From Chlorokybus atmophyticus (taxonomy: Eukaryota > Plantae > Mesostigma and Chlorokybus algae), in contig RHPI01002090.1 of NCBI GenBank assembly GCA_009103225.1, positions 644,414 through 708,413 of the forward strand: a DNA stretch of 64,000 nucleotides, in the 5' to 3' direction. Numbering within the stretch: the first letter of the stretch is position 1; the number at the start of each line of letters is the position of its first letter. Below the pieces are notes generated by a model. The model searched no databases, was not told the DNA's origin, and worked only from the letters and a program-made list of their open reading frames with translations. Positions 1 to 19,817 of the stretch are shown here, piece by piece. The position numbers were made by a program, and so were the translations under genes.

Positions 1-2473
1 GCGGAGGAAGGCGCAGGGGTGCTGGTCATCAAGAGCGTTGGGGTCGCTTTGAGTGGTAGGGAGGGTAAGGGTAGTGTGAGGTGCTCTGCTGTGTTGTTGA
101 CCATGGGCAAAGATGGCAGAGTGCAACTGTCTGCTGCCGATAAACGCTTTGTTTGTGAGCTTGCGGCAAAGCACCCAAGTGACGCACGAGCTGTTGGCTG
201 TAGAGGTTGAGAAGGAGTTGAATAAGGCATGCTCTCGCCCAACCATCACCAAGATTCTTGCCAAGAAAGATGCTTGGCTCAAGGTGGCGAGCACTGGCCT
301 GCAGGCCACAAAAGTACGCAACCGCAATGCCAAGTTTGCCCAGGTGGAAACGGCCTTGTTCAAGTGGTTCGAGCAGGCAAGCATTTACGTGTTGACTTGC
401 TTGCTTTGCTGCTATCAGATGTCTGCAACACGTCACTCTTGTGCAATAGCTCGTAGCATTGCACATGCATTGCACAACTTTACACTTGTGCACTGCACCA
501 CAATTTGTACTATTGACAACTCCACACTTGTACACGCAATCAATAGCATTGATCACAACATTAAACAACTGTACACCTGTATACATACACATGCAGCAAC
601 TTACAGCATTGCTCACAACTATCAACAACTTCACACTCATGCACATGTACATACAGCAGCGGTGCCAATGCTGTTAATCTGTAGCTGTTGCATGCGGCAG
701 CTGCGTGCTAAGGGAGCTCACTCTTCACGGACGCCATGCTGACTGAGAAGGCCAAGAAGTTGCGTGACACTTTTGCCATTGTGGCAGAAGACTTCAAGGT
801 GTTTATTGGTTGGCTATACAGTGTGTTTATGTGCTGATTGCTTCAACTCACACGTGCCAATCTGTCAGCAATGGCCCATTTAGTGACGACATGGTGCATA
901 TGCAAGTTTGGCATTAAGTGTTACAAGCTGCATGGCGAGGCAGCAGCTGCAGACTAGGCCGGCATCGCGCACACAATCACCAACCTTGCTCCAGCCCTGG
1001 AGAAGCTGGGCATCACAGATTGGGAGTTGGTGAACAACTTTGACGAGTGCGCACTGTTTATTCGAGCTGCACCCAACCGAACTCTGTCATGCAACAAGGT
1101 TAGAGGGAGGAAACTTAATAAAGAGCGTGTCACCCTTGGCCTGGCTTGCAATGCAGCTGGAACACACAAATTGAAACCCATTCTCATCAACGTCTGCACG
1201 CCTAAGGTGCTTTGGCAAGAGCTGGTCTCCTGCGTCATTTGTGCGTTGGTATTTAAACACCTCTGCTTGGATGAAAACTGCTATCTTTCGCGATTGGATC
1301 GCCGACGTCAAAAGGTCCATGCGTGCTGCCGGCAAGACCATTGTTATGCTCATGGACAATGCGAGTAGCCATGCGATACCAGGGGCTGAGGAGTTTACCA
1401 CCCATGGCTTTAAGCGCCTGCGTCTTTTCAATGTGACAGTTATCTTTCTGCCTGCAAATACAACATCAGTCATTCAGCCTTTAGATCAAGGCATCATTGC
1501 GTCATTCAAGGTGCGCTACAAGAAGGAGTTGGTGGAGTGGTTGCTTCAGCAGATTGATGCTGCACCTGAGGGTGCTAATGTTGAGAAGATTGTGCCAGAT
1601 GTCAAGCAAGCGTTGTTGTGGGCAGCTTCCATCTGGAAAGATCTTGACGAGTCCATCATCCGCAACTGCTGACGGTGATGCAATATTTTGCCTCCTGCAT
1701 GGCAAGCTGATCTGCGCAATGTTAATGTGCGCAACGGACGTCCGCTCACGGCAACAGTCATGGAGGAGTTGTCGTCATTGATCAGCAAGCTATACCTGGG
1801 GGACAACGAAGTGTCGGCAGAGCAGTATGTGTTCAACACTTAAGTTGATCGAGGAGCTATGTAATGTGGAGGCAGTCTACACAGATGAGGAGCTTGTTAA
1901 ATATGCCATGGGCATCCAAGAGGGGCAACAAGGTGATGTTATGGACATTCAGGATGCAGACTATCGATGAACTGCCCCCTCCACCATGCTCATTGGTTGA
2001 TGCTCGCGATGGTTGTCGCAAGCTTGAATTGTTTATTGCCGACAACCCCACCAACTTTAACGAGAAGGATGTCGAATACATGCAAGGGGGTAGTCACAAG
2101 GTTGAAGAAGATAGTTATATGTAACCTTACTAGGCAGCAGCAAGTAGACATCCGCTCGTTCTTGCGTCGCGATGCATAGTGTGAAGTTGTGCACCAGTAC
2201 TTGCATATGTACGTGCATGTCTCTTTGTTGTTGAGCTAGTAGCTGATGAAGCTTGCAAACATGCTGCCATTCATTGCATGCAATGTCTTTGCAAGTGTGT
2301 GCCACCATATTAACTCACACATGCATGAAATGCAGCAATGACTGCCCCTTACACGATATAAGACCATTGCATCACATGCGCCCAAGCGTTGTTCTTGTAT
2401 CGTCACAAGAAAATTGCGTTACAAGAATTAGATTGCATAGGACAAGTGTGGTTCTTATAAGGAGACTACACTG
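1..2473 (+). mobile_element. pogo/Tigger DNA transposon (right TIR at ~2451-2473 followed by TA; left end outside window)
   Basis: gttcttataaggagactacactg|TA is the reverse complement of TA|CAGTGTAGTCTCCTTATAAGAAC, a typical CAGT-starting pogo TIR with TA target, lying downstream of the DDE transposase relic. Confidence 0.7.
103..2179 (+). pseudogene. Degenerate pogo/Tigger-family (CENP-B HTH + DDE_1) transposase with spliceosomal introns
   Basis: Pieces read MGKDGRVQLSAADKRFVCELAAKHP / CSRPTITKILAKKDAWL...VETALFKWFEQ|LRAKG, NFDECALF, KERVTLGLACNAAGTHKLKP, IVMLMDNASSH, FLPANTTSVIQPLDQGIIASFKVRY. Frameshifts near 180, 725 and 1190-1240 plus internal stops (gactag ~955, tga ~1670). The 3' limit is approximate. 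Confidence 0.9.
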
Positions 2474-2884
2474 TACCGTCTACCTCTGTGCCTACCCATG
2501 TCCTGGCGGCTGCACCGCCGTGCTGACTGAATAGAGCGCAGTATATTATGCCTGGTATCCCCCCTGTCCCTGTCCTGTCGTGAAAACTCAATTTTGTGAA
2601 TAGCTGGTAGACGGCTCTCAAGCTTTCAGACATTGCAGCCACCACTTCAATTAACTCTGGTAAACTCATATTCAGTAAACATGAGAGTAACTCTAACCAT
2701 TTGGCCTGATGCCACAGCCATCAATGTTCCATATCCAACCAATAGTTTATTGCGCATCAGCTTGTAAGTCATTCTCAACTCACGAGATTTACTCAATTTG
2801 CATGCCTGCGATATGTATCTTATACTTAGGAAGGAATGGGTTTGTCACAATACGGTATTTAAGGAAGCTATGAGCAGATGACAT

Positions 2885-2885
<1 letters not shown>

Positions 2886-2927
<42 letters not shown>
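2886..2927. repeat. (CT)21 microsatellite
   Basis: Directly visible. Confidence 0.95.
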
Positions 2928-2932
<5 letters not shown>

Positions 2933-4328
2933 GCAAGTAGTGCTTGGTTGCATGCAACCACTTACCAATGCAAGGGAGCGGCCATGCGATGCGACTGCCC
3001 AGCTCCACTTCCTTTAACTTCCACCAATCACCAAGCTTGATCGGGAGCTTCGCACTCGCCTGCAACACTTCATCAAGCCACACGGCCACTTCTCCTCCAA
3101 TATGTGCCAACGGTTTCAGCAAACAAGGAACTCGAGTGCTTGAAGCATACAACTCAGCTCAGCTCGCAGATGGAGAAACGAGCAACCTCAAGCAAGCGTA
3201 CCTTTAGCAAGCTTGTGATTGTGAACGCTTGCGCTCAGTGCGTCCGTACAACGGCGTGCGATAGCCACGGGTTTTTGTCCGGTCTTAAGCCACAGATGTA
3301 CTTTCTCAGCATGCTCACGCTGCGCACCGTGAGCTTTTGCCGCCACCTGTAATAAGGAGAGGTATTGCTAACGCCTATTCTCAATACTTGTAGTCACTCA
3401 CAGAGTGAGTACAAGTGACGCAACAGTGATTGCAAGTAGCACAAGCGGTTTGTTACACCTACATCAAGTAGCTCCTCGTCCAAACTGTCGGATGGGCTAT
3501 GTGGCTGATGCATTGCACCATCACATGCTGGCCTCGGTGAGCCGGTGCCAGCAGCTCTCATTGAGTCCTTAGCGACTGCCCGCCTTTTGGATGGGCGCAC
3601 TTTTTCAGCTGCAGGAGGCTCCGGATCCTATATGAGCCACATGTAACCGTCAACCNTCGCACAGTAGGCTACTATGCGAAAGTTAAGGACATAGCGAAAC
3701 ATTTGTAGACATATGTATAAACATCTGTTAAGCGCCTCACATCGATGTGAGTTTGCATGGATTAATTACATGGATCGAACGGATAAAGCAACCATTAAAC
3801 CTGCGACTACTTCCATCGTTAACGTATGAAAGACTTTTATAATGTCCACACATTCACGCTGCACGGTGAGCACATTCGACCATACATTACGTGTGCATCC
3901 TCCTGCTATTTAATTATTATTTAGACTATTGGATGGCGTGTCGGCAATGCAAATCTTATAATAAGCTTAACATACGTAGCCAGTTGTTTACCCCCCGCTG
4001 TTTAAGATAAATGGATGTAATGAATGCAATCTTTGAGTAAGCGCCGCATATTCGGCTGGATGTTAACCCCTCATGACTGCAAGTGATTAAGGAATTGCAT
4101 GCAATGTTAACTTGTGGCAACCAAACATACTCAGCCCAATGTATACTTAGTTAAAGCTAGTAATTGAAGTAGTATTTGCATCAGACAGAAATGATGGGGA
4201 GATTATGTGCGCTTTAAAAAATCAACATGTACCTTAAAGTTATTTATAGATTGTGTGCGTTGCACCAGTTAACACATTCAAGGGTCGATGTGTACAACTA
4301 GTTAAAGCTAGCCATTAAAGTCGTGTTG

Positions 4329-4570
4329 GTAGTAAGAAGAAACTATATGTATACTTTGTACGCATTGGACTCGGTTAGATTGCTTTACGTTTGCAGGTTA
4401 TGGATAAAGAATACGCATGTAAACTAGTCCTTGAAGTAGTGTTTAGAGTGTAGTAAGAAGAAACTATATGTATACTTTGTACGCATTGGACTCGGTTAGA
4501 TTGCTTTACGCTAGCAGGTTATGGATAAAGAATACGCATGTAAACTAGTCCTTGAAGTAGTGTTTAGAGT
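4329..4570. repeat. Two near-identical tandem copies of a 121-bp unit
   Basis: gtagtaagaagaaactatatg...gtagtgtttagagt starts at 4329 and again at 4450. Degenerate tagttaaagctag motifs occur upstream (~4149, ~4299). Confidence 0.9.
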
Positions 4571-5032
4571 GTGTTAGAGTGTGTCAACAAGAAGTGAGAG
4601 GGAGACTTTGTGCGCTTCCCTGAAGTCGACAAGAATTGACATGGAGACTGTGTGCGTCAACGGTCAACATGCAAAACAGTCTGGAGAAGTGCGGCCAGCT
4701 TTCGCTGCGGCCTGTGAGGATCGAACTCACGACCTTCAGATTACTCACCCAAGCTCTGCTTGGCGCAGATCGAGTTATGAGACTGACGCGCTACCTACTG
4801 CGCTAAGGCCGCTCTCCGATGCACTGAACGGCAATTGCAACTATAATATACTATGCAAGGCTTCAAGTACATTGCACTCAACTTTAGGGTGTGCACTCTG
4901 AGTCAGTGTCGCACACTGCTTCTTGCCAATGCACACCAGCGGACGGGCATCGCTCTTTGGATATGTCCAAAAGCTGCTGCCTGCCACGGTGGCGTTTCAG
5001 TTTCCACGTCAGCTGCTTGTCACATTCTACGT

Positions 5033-5074
5033 GGCGGCGGCGGCGGCGGCGGTGGTGGTGGTGGTGGTGGCGGT
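5033..5074. repeat. (GGC)n/(GGT)n trinucleotide tract upstream of the carrier gene
   Basis: Directly visible. Similar GCC/GGC tracts precede CDC5, NAMPT, RPB5, FtsHi and PDX1. Confidence 0.85.
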
Positions 5075-5248
5075 GTTGGAAGGACCAAATGGGTAGGTCC
5101 GTCCTGCTTGTACCTTCTGCTGGCGAATCAAGACTAACATGTTAACAAATTCTGGCATGCTGCAGATTTGGTTCCTCCCGATTTCGGCCTCATCCCTTAG
5201 GCGCTGCGTGTAGTTAGGTCAGGGCCGGTGGTGTGATCCTGGTCCTAA

Positions 5249-6938
5249 ATGGTGAACAAGGACCTGGTCGAGGCGTGCTCTGGGGCAGTAGGTGGCCTTT
5301 GCTCCACAGCTTTGCTCTACCCGTTGGACGTTTGCAAAACGAAATTTCAGGTACAGGTGTTGGGACTGCTTTCGTGGTTCACACTCTGCATGCTGCTTTT
5401 TGGAGGAATTGCGATTGTGATTAGACAGCAGAAAGCCTCACGCAGAATGTTTGTTGAGTTGACCAACCAAGTGCAGTAGCAAAACGGCTGCCACAACTTC
5501 TGGCATGGCTCAAGGAGACGTAGCACAGCTTGCGGGTTGTGTGTGTAGGAGTGATTGGCGATCACTGCGTTGCAATGCATGCCACTTCGCAGTTGCTTTG
5601 CATTGTCAAGGACCTGAGGTGTCGTACCGCTATACTGTACTCTCAACCACTATCGTCATTTAAGCATAATTTGATCTGCTCTCTGCACCTTAACACAAGC
5701 AAATACTGTTGACACCATGTCAACAGTATTTGTTAAGCGATTGCCACATACGAAAGAATGTGCCGTTCAACTTGATGCTTTGCGTGTTGTGTTTATGCTG
5801 CATACAACGAGCACAACTGGCCAAACTGCAGTCACTGCTCAACGCAAAGTGTCTGTTAGCCAGTCAGTCGGTGCCAATCTTGCTTTAACCCACATGCCCA
5901 GGCGGACGTCAAGTCGAGTAAAGGCGGGCAAAAGCGCTACAAGGGGTTGGTAGATGCAGCGCAACAGACACTGGGAGAGCAGGGCGTTGTTGGCCTGTAC
6001 GCCGGGCTTGGCGTGAAGTCATTGCATGCTGTGATACAACAGTTTATCTATTTCTATTCGTATTCTTATTTGAAGCGGCGGTACACGGCTGTGGTGGCCA
6101 AGATTAGTACAGCTGCCAACTTGGCCATTGCTGCTGCAGCCGGCATATGTACAGTGTTAGTGACACAACCGCTGGACACCGTCACTGCAAAACTACAGGT
6201 ATGAAAGCTCACTTCAACACGCGCAGAGCGTCATGGCTGTCTTTGTTAACCAACATGTCGCATCCTGCCTGCAGACACACAGTGGGGCGAAGCATGAACA
6301 GAAAGGGTTGGTTGAGTCGATGCAGAAGCTGGGCCTTGCAAAGTTGTATGATGGGCTTGGTGCGTCGCTGCTGTTGACATGTAACCCTGCAATTCAGGTA
6401 CAGCGCTTCAGGTTGTGTTGTTGCTTGTACACACTGCGGCATGTAACTGACAAGGACAGTGACGCTGGTTGTGGCACAGTGACACTGATTGTGCTCTGTG
6501 CTGCAGTACACTGCGTTTGATCAGATTGTGAGGTGGTACCTGGCAAGGCTGGCGAAGCAAAGGTCAGCTGCAGGCGTGCAAGCGAGCAAGCCTCCCACGT
6601 TATCCGCCTTTGCAGCTTTCGTCATTGGAGCATTGTCCAAAACTATTGCAACCATTGCGACGTACCCAGCCATCCGCACGAAGATTATGTTGCAAGCGAA
6701 CAGCAAGGCGACCGGCGAGCGCACGGCCCTACAAGTCATCAGCCAAGTCTGGAGATATGAGGGTCTGCTGGGCTTCTTCAAAGGCATGAATGGCCAGATC
6801 CTTAAAACCGTGCTGACTGCTGCAGTGATGCTTATGATCAAAGAGAAGGTTTCGCAGCTCACAACAGGCGCTGTTGGGCTGTTGGAGGGCCTTGCCCATT
6901 CAAAACCTCACTTGAAGCTAGTCAAAGCATACGAGTAG
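5249..6938 (+). CDS. PNC1: Peroxisomal adenine nucleotide carrier (mitochondrial carrier family), multi-exon
   Basis: Spliced product: EACSGAVGGLCSTALLYPLDVCKTKFQ|ADVK...LYAGLGVKSLHAVIQQFIYFYSYSYLKR...ANLAIAAAAGICTVLVTQPLDT...YDGLGASLLLTCNPAIQ|YTAFDQ...LSAFAAFVIGALSKTIATIATYPAIRTK...EGLLGFFKGMNGQILKTVL. Carrier PxD/E motifs and plant PNC-type wording. Confidence 0.9.
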
Positions 6939-7666
6939 TGATTGTTTCTGCCCTTTCAGACAGCACGGTTGACTTGTTGGTAGCCTGAGCTGGGTTGAAT
7001 GTTTCCGCGTCGCTCCCAGTGTGCAGTTGCAGCACTGGCCTAAGAGTTCTTTGGGCTGCGCATGACTGACGCGCATACCCGTTCTGTGGTGCTGTGTGCA
7101 TGATGTCCAGATAATTATGTACAGTGGTACACTGGTGTATAACATCACATTACAGGCATAACAAGCCAAGTGTTGTGTACGCATATGTTGAGGATCACAT
7201 GCGCATGCCCGTCTTGCATTCTATGTACACTGCTATCTACAACTGTACACGGGTATGGTACATGGTGCATGTTTGCGAGACGATGCGGAGGGCAAGCTGT
7301 TTGGTACGTCAGGTGCAGTACACGCGCACCACTTGCACAGAATCTGACAAAATCGTCGACGATTGCACCTTGTTTGTCTACTGCATGCGCTTGTATACAT
7401 ACAGTGAGCGGCATGGGGTGTTGAGTTCGTTTTGGGCAGGCGATTGTAACAATACCCAAAGTCTGTAAGGCCACAACTGACAAGCCCAACTTGATTGTCA
7501 GTGTCACCCTGAATGTCGCATGGCACGCCATGAAGAGCGCGCGCCGAATGCAGCACCCCCGTCGCGAAGCCTACTTGAGCTTGCTAGCGACAGACTGACT
7601 TGTGAATTGCGGGTGAGCGTTCTGCCGCTGGCGGCGGCGGGCGGGCCGGGTGGCGGGCAGAGGGTT

Positions 7667-12598
<4,932 letters not shown>

Positions 12599-13799
12599 GC
12601 TGGATGTGTTGTTGATTTGCTGTGACTGCTTGCACCTTACACAGTTAACGTGTGCACTGCAAAGCCGATGTGGTTGTTTTGTTTAACACTACAGGATGAG
12701 CATGCTGTGTAAGGAGTGCCATTGACAACAAAGTAGTACCAGTATTCAAGCAAACCAGCTCATGCATTGGTGCAAGCATTGATGCACAGGCATTCTTGAC
12801 GGTAGCTTCAATATGCATGACATGTAAGTCTGGCAGCATTCAGCAATGAGGCAAGGCAACAGCGTGGGTTTAACATCGGCTAGGATATTGTAAAAGAGAG
12901 TCCCGCAGTAGTAGCACACACAAGCACACATCATATCATGACGCGCACACCACGCAGAGCAAGCAGCTAGGATGTCTTCCCTAACACAACAGTTGCAAGG
13001 CACTAGAATTGCAGCCAGCAACACCAGAAGCCAACCTCATCGGTGCAATTGGTATGCAACTACACCAGTAGTTGAGTGGGAGTTTGTTATATGCCAAAAC
13101 CGAGCATCAGCCAGCTCCAACTCAGAATGGCCTGATCAGTACTTGCAACACCCTGCCACCATCAGTGAGGGTCGGCAAATTCAGAGGAACCCATCCACCC
13201 ATACCGAGTGCTTGATGGTTAGCCAGGCAATAGATGCGAACAGCATTATTGCTGATTTTAACAGAATGTGTGCACAAAGCACCCGAATTGTAGAATGCTG
13301 TTTTCCCACCTGTCGCGATGTGACAGAGGAGGGAAGGGCCTTTTTTAAGACCTCGCAGTGCACATGATTCGTTGAAACCGACAATAAGGACAGCGTTGAG
13401 CATGCAAGCTCACAAGACACGCCTGGTCCATCAGCACACAACCATGTGGGGCCTGTGTGTCGATGGACAAGGTGTCTTAAATCCAAGACACCAATGTATG
13501 ACAAGCGAGGCAGGTTGGTCGGTGATCTGATGAGTGACAAGGCAACAGCGCTTACGCATCATGCTGTGGCCAATACTGTGCCACAACGACACTCGACTCT
13601 ACGCATTGTTAGGGCGCTGACATTGGCTGCAGCTGAACTGCCAAGGCGTATATGAGCATAGCCAAACTCAAGCCACACCATTCAAGCAGTCAGCATTGCT
13701 CGCGCACCAGTCCTTGTTTGCCAATGCCAACAACTGCACACACATGGTGTACACACGTCAGCTTGCAGCGCTAATATGGCTGTCAACATACTAAGTACT

Positions 13800-17169
<3,370 letters not shown>

Positions 17170-17440
17170 TTAACTCAGCCCAATGCTACAAGAGAACGGC
17201 GTCCACCAGAAGCAGGCGGCAAAATCAGCAAACCAAGCAACTTGACCAACTGCGCGTACGTGCGCCTCCAGAACGCTGACGCTGTGTGTCAGCCTTGCAA
17301 GACAATATGTATATGCACAGTTCTAGCTGTACAACAAATCTGAGCCTCCATGAACCAGCAGCACACCCGCACCGCCACCGCCGCCGCCGCCGCCGCCGCC
17401 ACCTCCACCGCCAACCCCCACAGCTCCGCCTCCGCGCAGT

Positions 17441-17448
17441 TAGGGTTT
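17441..17448 (-). promoter_or_regulatory. Telo-box AAACCCTA between divergent CDC5 and IQCC-like
   Basis: tagggttt at 17441-17448. Confidence 0.5.
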
Positions 17449-17558
17449 GCGCCCTGGCAGGGAGGTTTAGGGCTTAGAATGTGCTGCAACCGCACAAGGC
17501 GCACAAGTTCAAAGTGATGCAAACGTCCAAGTTTGCACACGGCCGTAGACTCCATGTC

Positions 17559-18775
17559 ATGGAGGCGGAAGCGGCGGCGACGGCGGTTGCGGCTGCGGTC
17601 CGCGTTCAGGCAAGGTGATGTGCGATGAAGGAAGGCGGGTGTATTTTAGCTGCTGCATTACATCAGCTTTGTTTGTTGTTGGTGTCGTGCATGAAACATG
17701 ATGCTGGTTTGCATGGGGAAGTGCACCATGCACATGAACGCTTGCCGTGACCTGCTTGGATGAAGCCTTACTCAGATTGCGCTGTATGACAAACTGTGCA
17801 CGTATGTAGTTGAGGTAAACCTGATGGCAGGCACTTGTCGTTGAACTGACGTCCAACAACAGCTGTTACATGCTGCCAAGGCCGCAGTCACCACTGCCAG
17901 TGAACTCAAAGTTCAACTCCGGCAGAAAATGCTTTTCTGTATGCAGGCTGCATACCGTGGCTTCCGCGTGCGCCAGTTGCTGATCCAGGCTGTGCGCGAT
18001 GAATACGAGCGGGTGTTTTTGTACGTTGAAAGCGAGAATGCTGCAGGGCCGCAGAAGGCCAGCGCATTGCTAGTGAGATGGCCACTCCCGCACATGCTCT
18101 GTGCACCTGCGTTTGCGTTGCGCTCTCAGGTGTCTCCTGCGAGGTAGGCCGAGCTCATTGTGTGCGCATATGTGTGCCTGTGACTTGCGTGCATGCGTGC
18201 ATATGTGGTGAACCAATGCAGGTAGCTTGTGTGCTTGTGCTAACTGCCAGCACGTTTTGTGTTGCTCAACACCATCCACTGAGCAGTCAGCAACCACTTG
18301 CCGGAGAAGCAGCCACGTCCAGCGGTTGCGCTGCGTCTGACAGTCATGCACACCTGAATTATCACCATGCCGGCTCCGGTGCACGCCAACCAGGTAAACA
18401 ACTTGGATGTGCATGCAACGTTGTGTGGTGCAATGTGCGTACTTGGCAGTAACAACAGCTTGCAAATCACTCTTCAGGTACAGAGCAACTAAGTGAAGCG
18501 CAGCGTCGTGTGTATGAAGAAGAGCTGAGATGGACTGAACAGGCATTGCGTTCTCGAAAGCAGGTTTGCTCTTAGGTTGCATTGTGGCGGTGGTGCATCC
18601 GCATTGATGTCATGCCGCATGTGTAAGTTCTTCTCCATAAGCAGCATACGGTTTGTACAAGCTGGCATCGAATACAGTTCATGCGGCAACTTTTGACTTA
18701 ATTTTCTCACAGCATCTACGTCTGCTGCGCCGCCTGCAACCTGCTTCAAGTGCTCCTACAGCCCCAGAAACATAA
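17559..18775 (+). CDS. IQ-motif protein resembling IQCC, multi-exon
   Basis: Splicing at a GC donor (17610) gives AAVRVQ|AAYRGFRVRQLL (IQxxxRGxxxR), then RDEYERVFLYVE...VRWP. A late exon reads YEEELRWTEQALRSRKQ|HLRLLRRLQ, recalling the IQCC ELxWLQQAIxSRKxYL motif (from memory). Confidence 0.6.
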
Positions 18776-19817
18776 CAGCCGGAGTTTGTAGTCCACCTCA
18801 ATGTGTACATAACAGTTTCGAATGGTCTCAAAGTGTCTTCATGCAGTACTGTTGTTTTATCCCTTTCTGGTATACCAATGCAATGGTAGCTGGAGGTGGA
18901 TGAGGTGTTTGCAGCCAAATGTGTGCATGCGAGCGTGCTCACACAGGTCGTAACGCTCAAAGAAGGCAGTAACAGACAGACAGTCTTGACGAACCCCTTC
19001 AAGTTACACAGCATCTTCGTTAGGAGCTGCATTCGGGATGCAGAAGGATGTGCGTGCGTGCGTGCGTGCAACACTCATGTGGCCATCAGGCTGGCCCCCG
19101 CGCACCGCACTGACCGAGGCAGTCACCTCAGCCATTGTGTCCACGTGGCCGCTGCTCCAGGAACACTGCCAACCAACCGGTGCAGGGTGGCGTGCCAGCC
19201 GAGACAGCAAAACGTCGGCCATCGCCCCGGTTGTGACTTGACACCGACCGCGTGTCACCCGGCAGGTCATCGGACATCGTGACCCTCAGCAGGCCTCCCT
19301 GTCACAGCCCCCAGTCCGCAGTCACTAACATTGTCACCAACTCCTAAAAGGCACCGCATCCGCTGGTGACCTGCGCCCACTTACCATCTCGCACACGATA
19401 ATACCTCAACTCAACTGCGCTGCACTGAATGCTGCTTTGGGAGCCACGGCAAACAAAAAAGCAAGGGAGATGTGCTGCCAGCTGGCAGTGTCCAAACTTG
19501 ACAACCTGCTGCGTGTAAAGCTTGGATGTGACGGCTAACACGCGGCGGCGGCGGCGAGCGGGCGCTCGTGCAGCATCTCGGCAACTTTTGCACGACCGGT
19601 ATGGATGATGTGACTGTTACCGAAAGAGGAGGAGCAGGCCATTGTGTTAAAAGTGACAGCGTTGGTTGAGCTGTCTTTGAGCCGCCTGACAGCTGTGCTT
19701 CAACCGCAACGTTGGAATAAGCAAGCACAAACAACATCTACGTGGTTAAGTGTTGAAGTGTATACCCCGTTTGAGCAGTCTTCTTGCCGCTTGTGTCCAC
19801 ACCCCACCGCCGCCGCA

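Noticed and set aside
6960-7560. Possible small minus-strand gene divergent from RH17
   Set aside because: Splice-like signals exist, but no frame gave a recognisable or consistent protein.
18489-19300. Possible minus-strand spliced gene between IQCC-like and NAMPT
   Set aside because: Candidate exons contain stops (APNEDAV*LEGVRQ) or phase conflicts, and no family was recognised.
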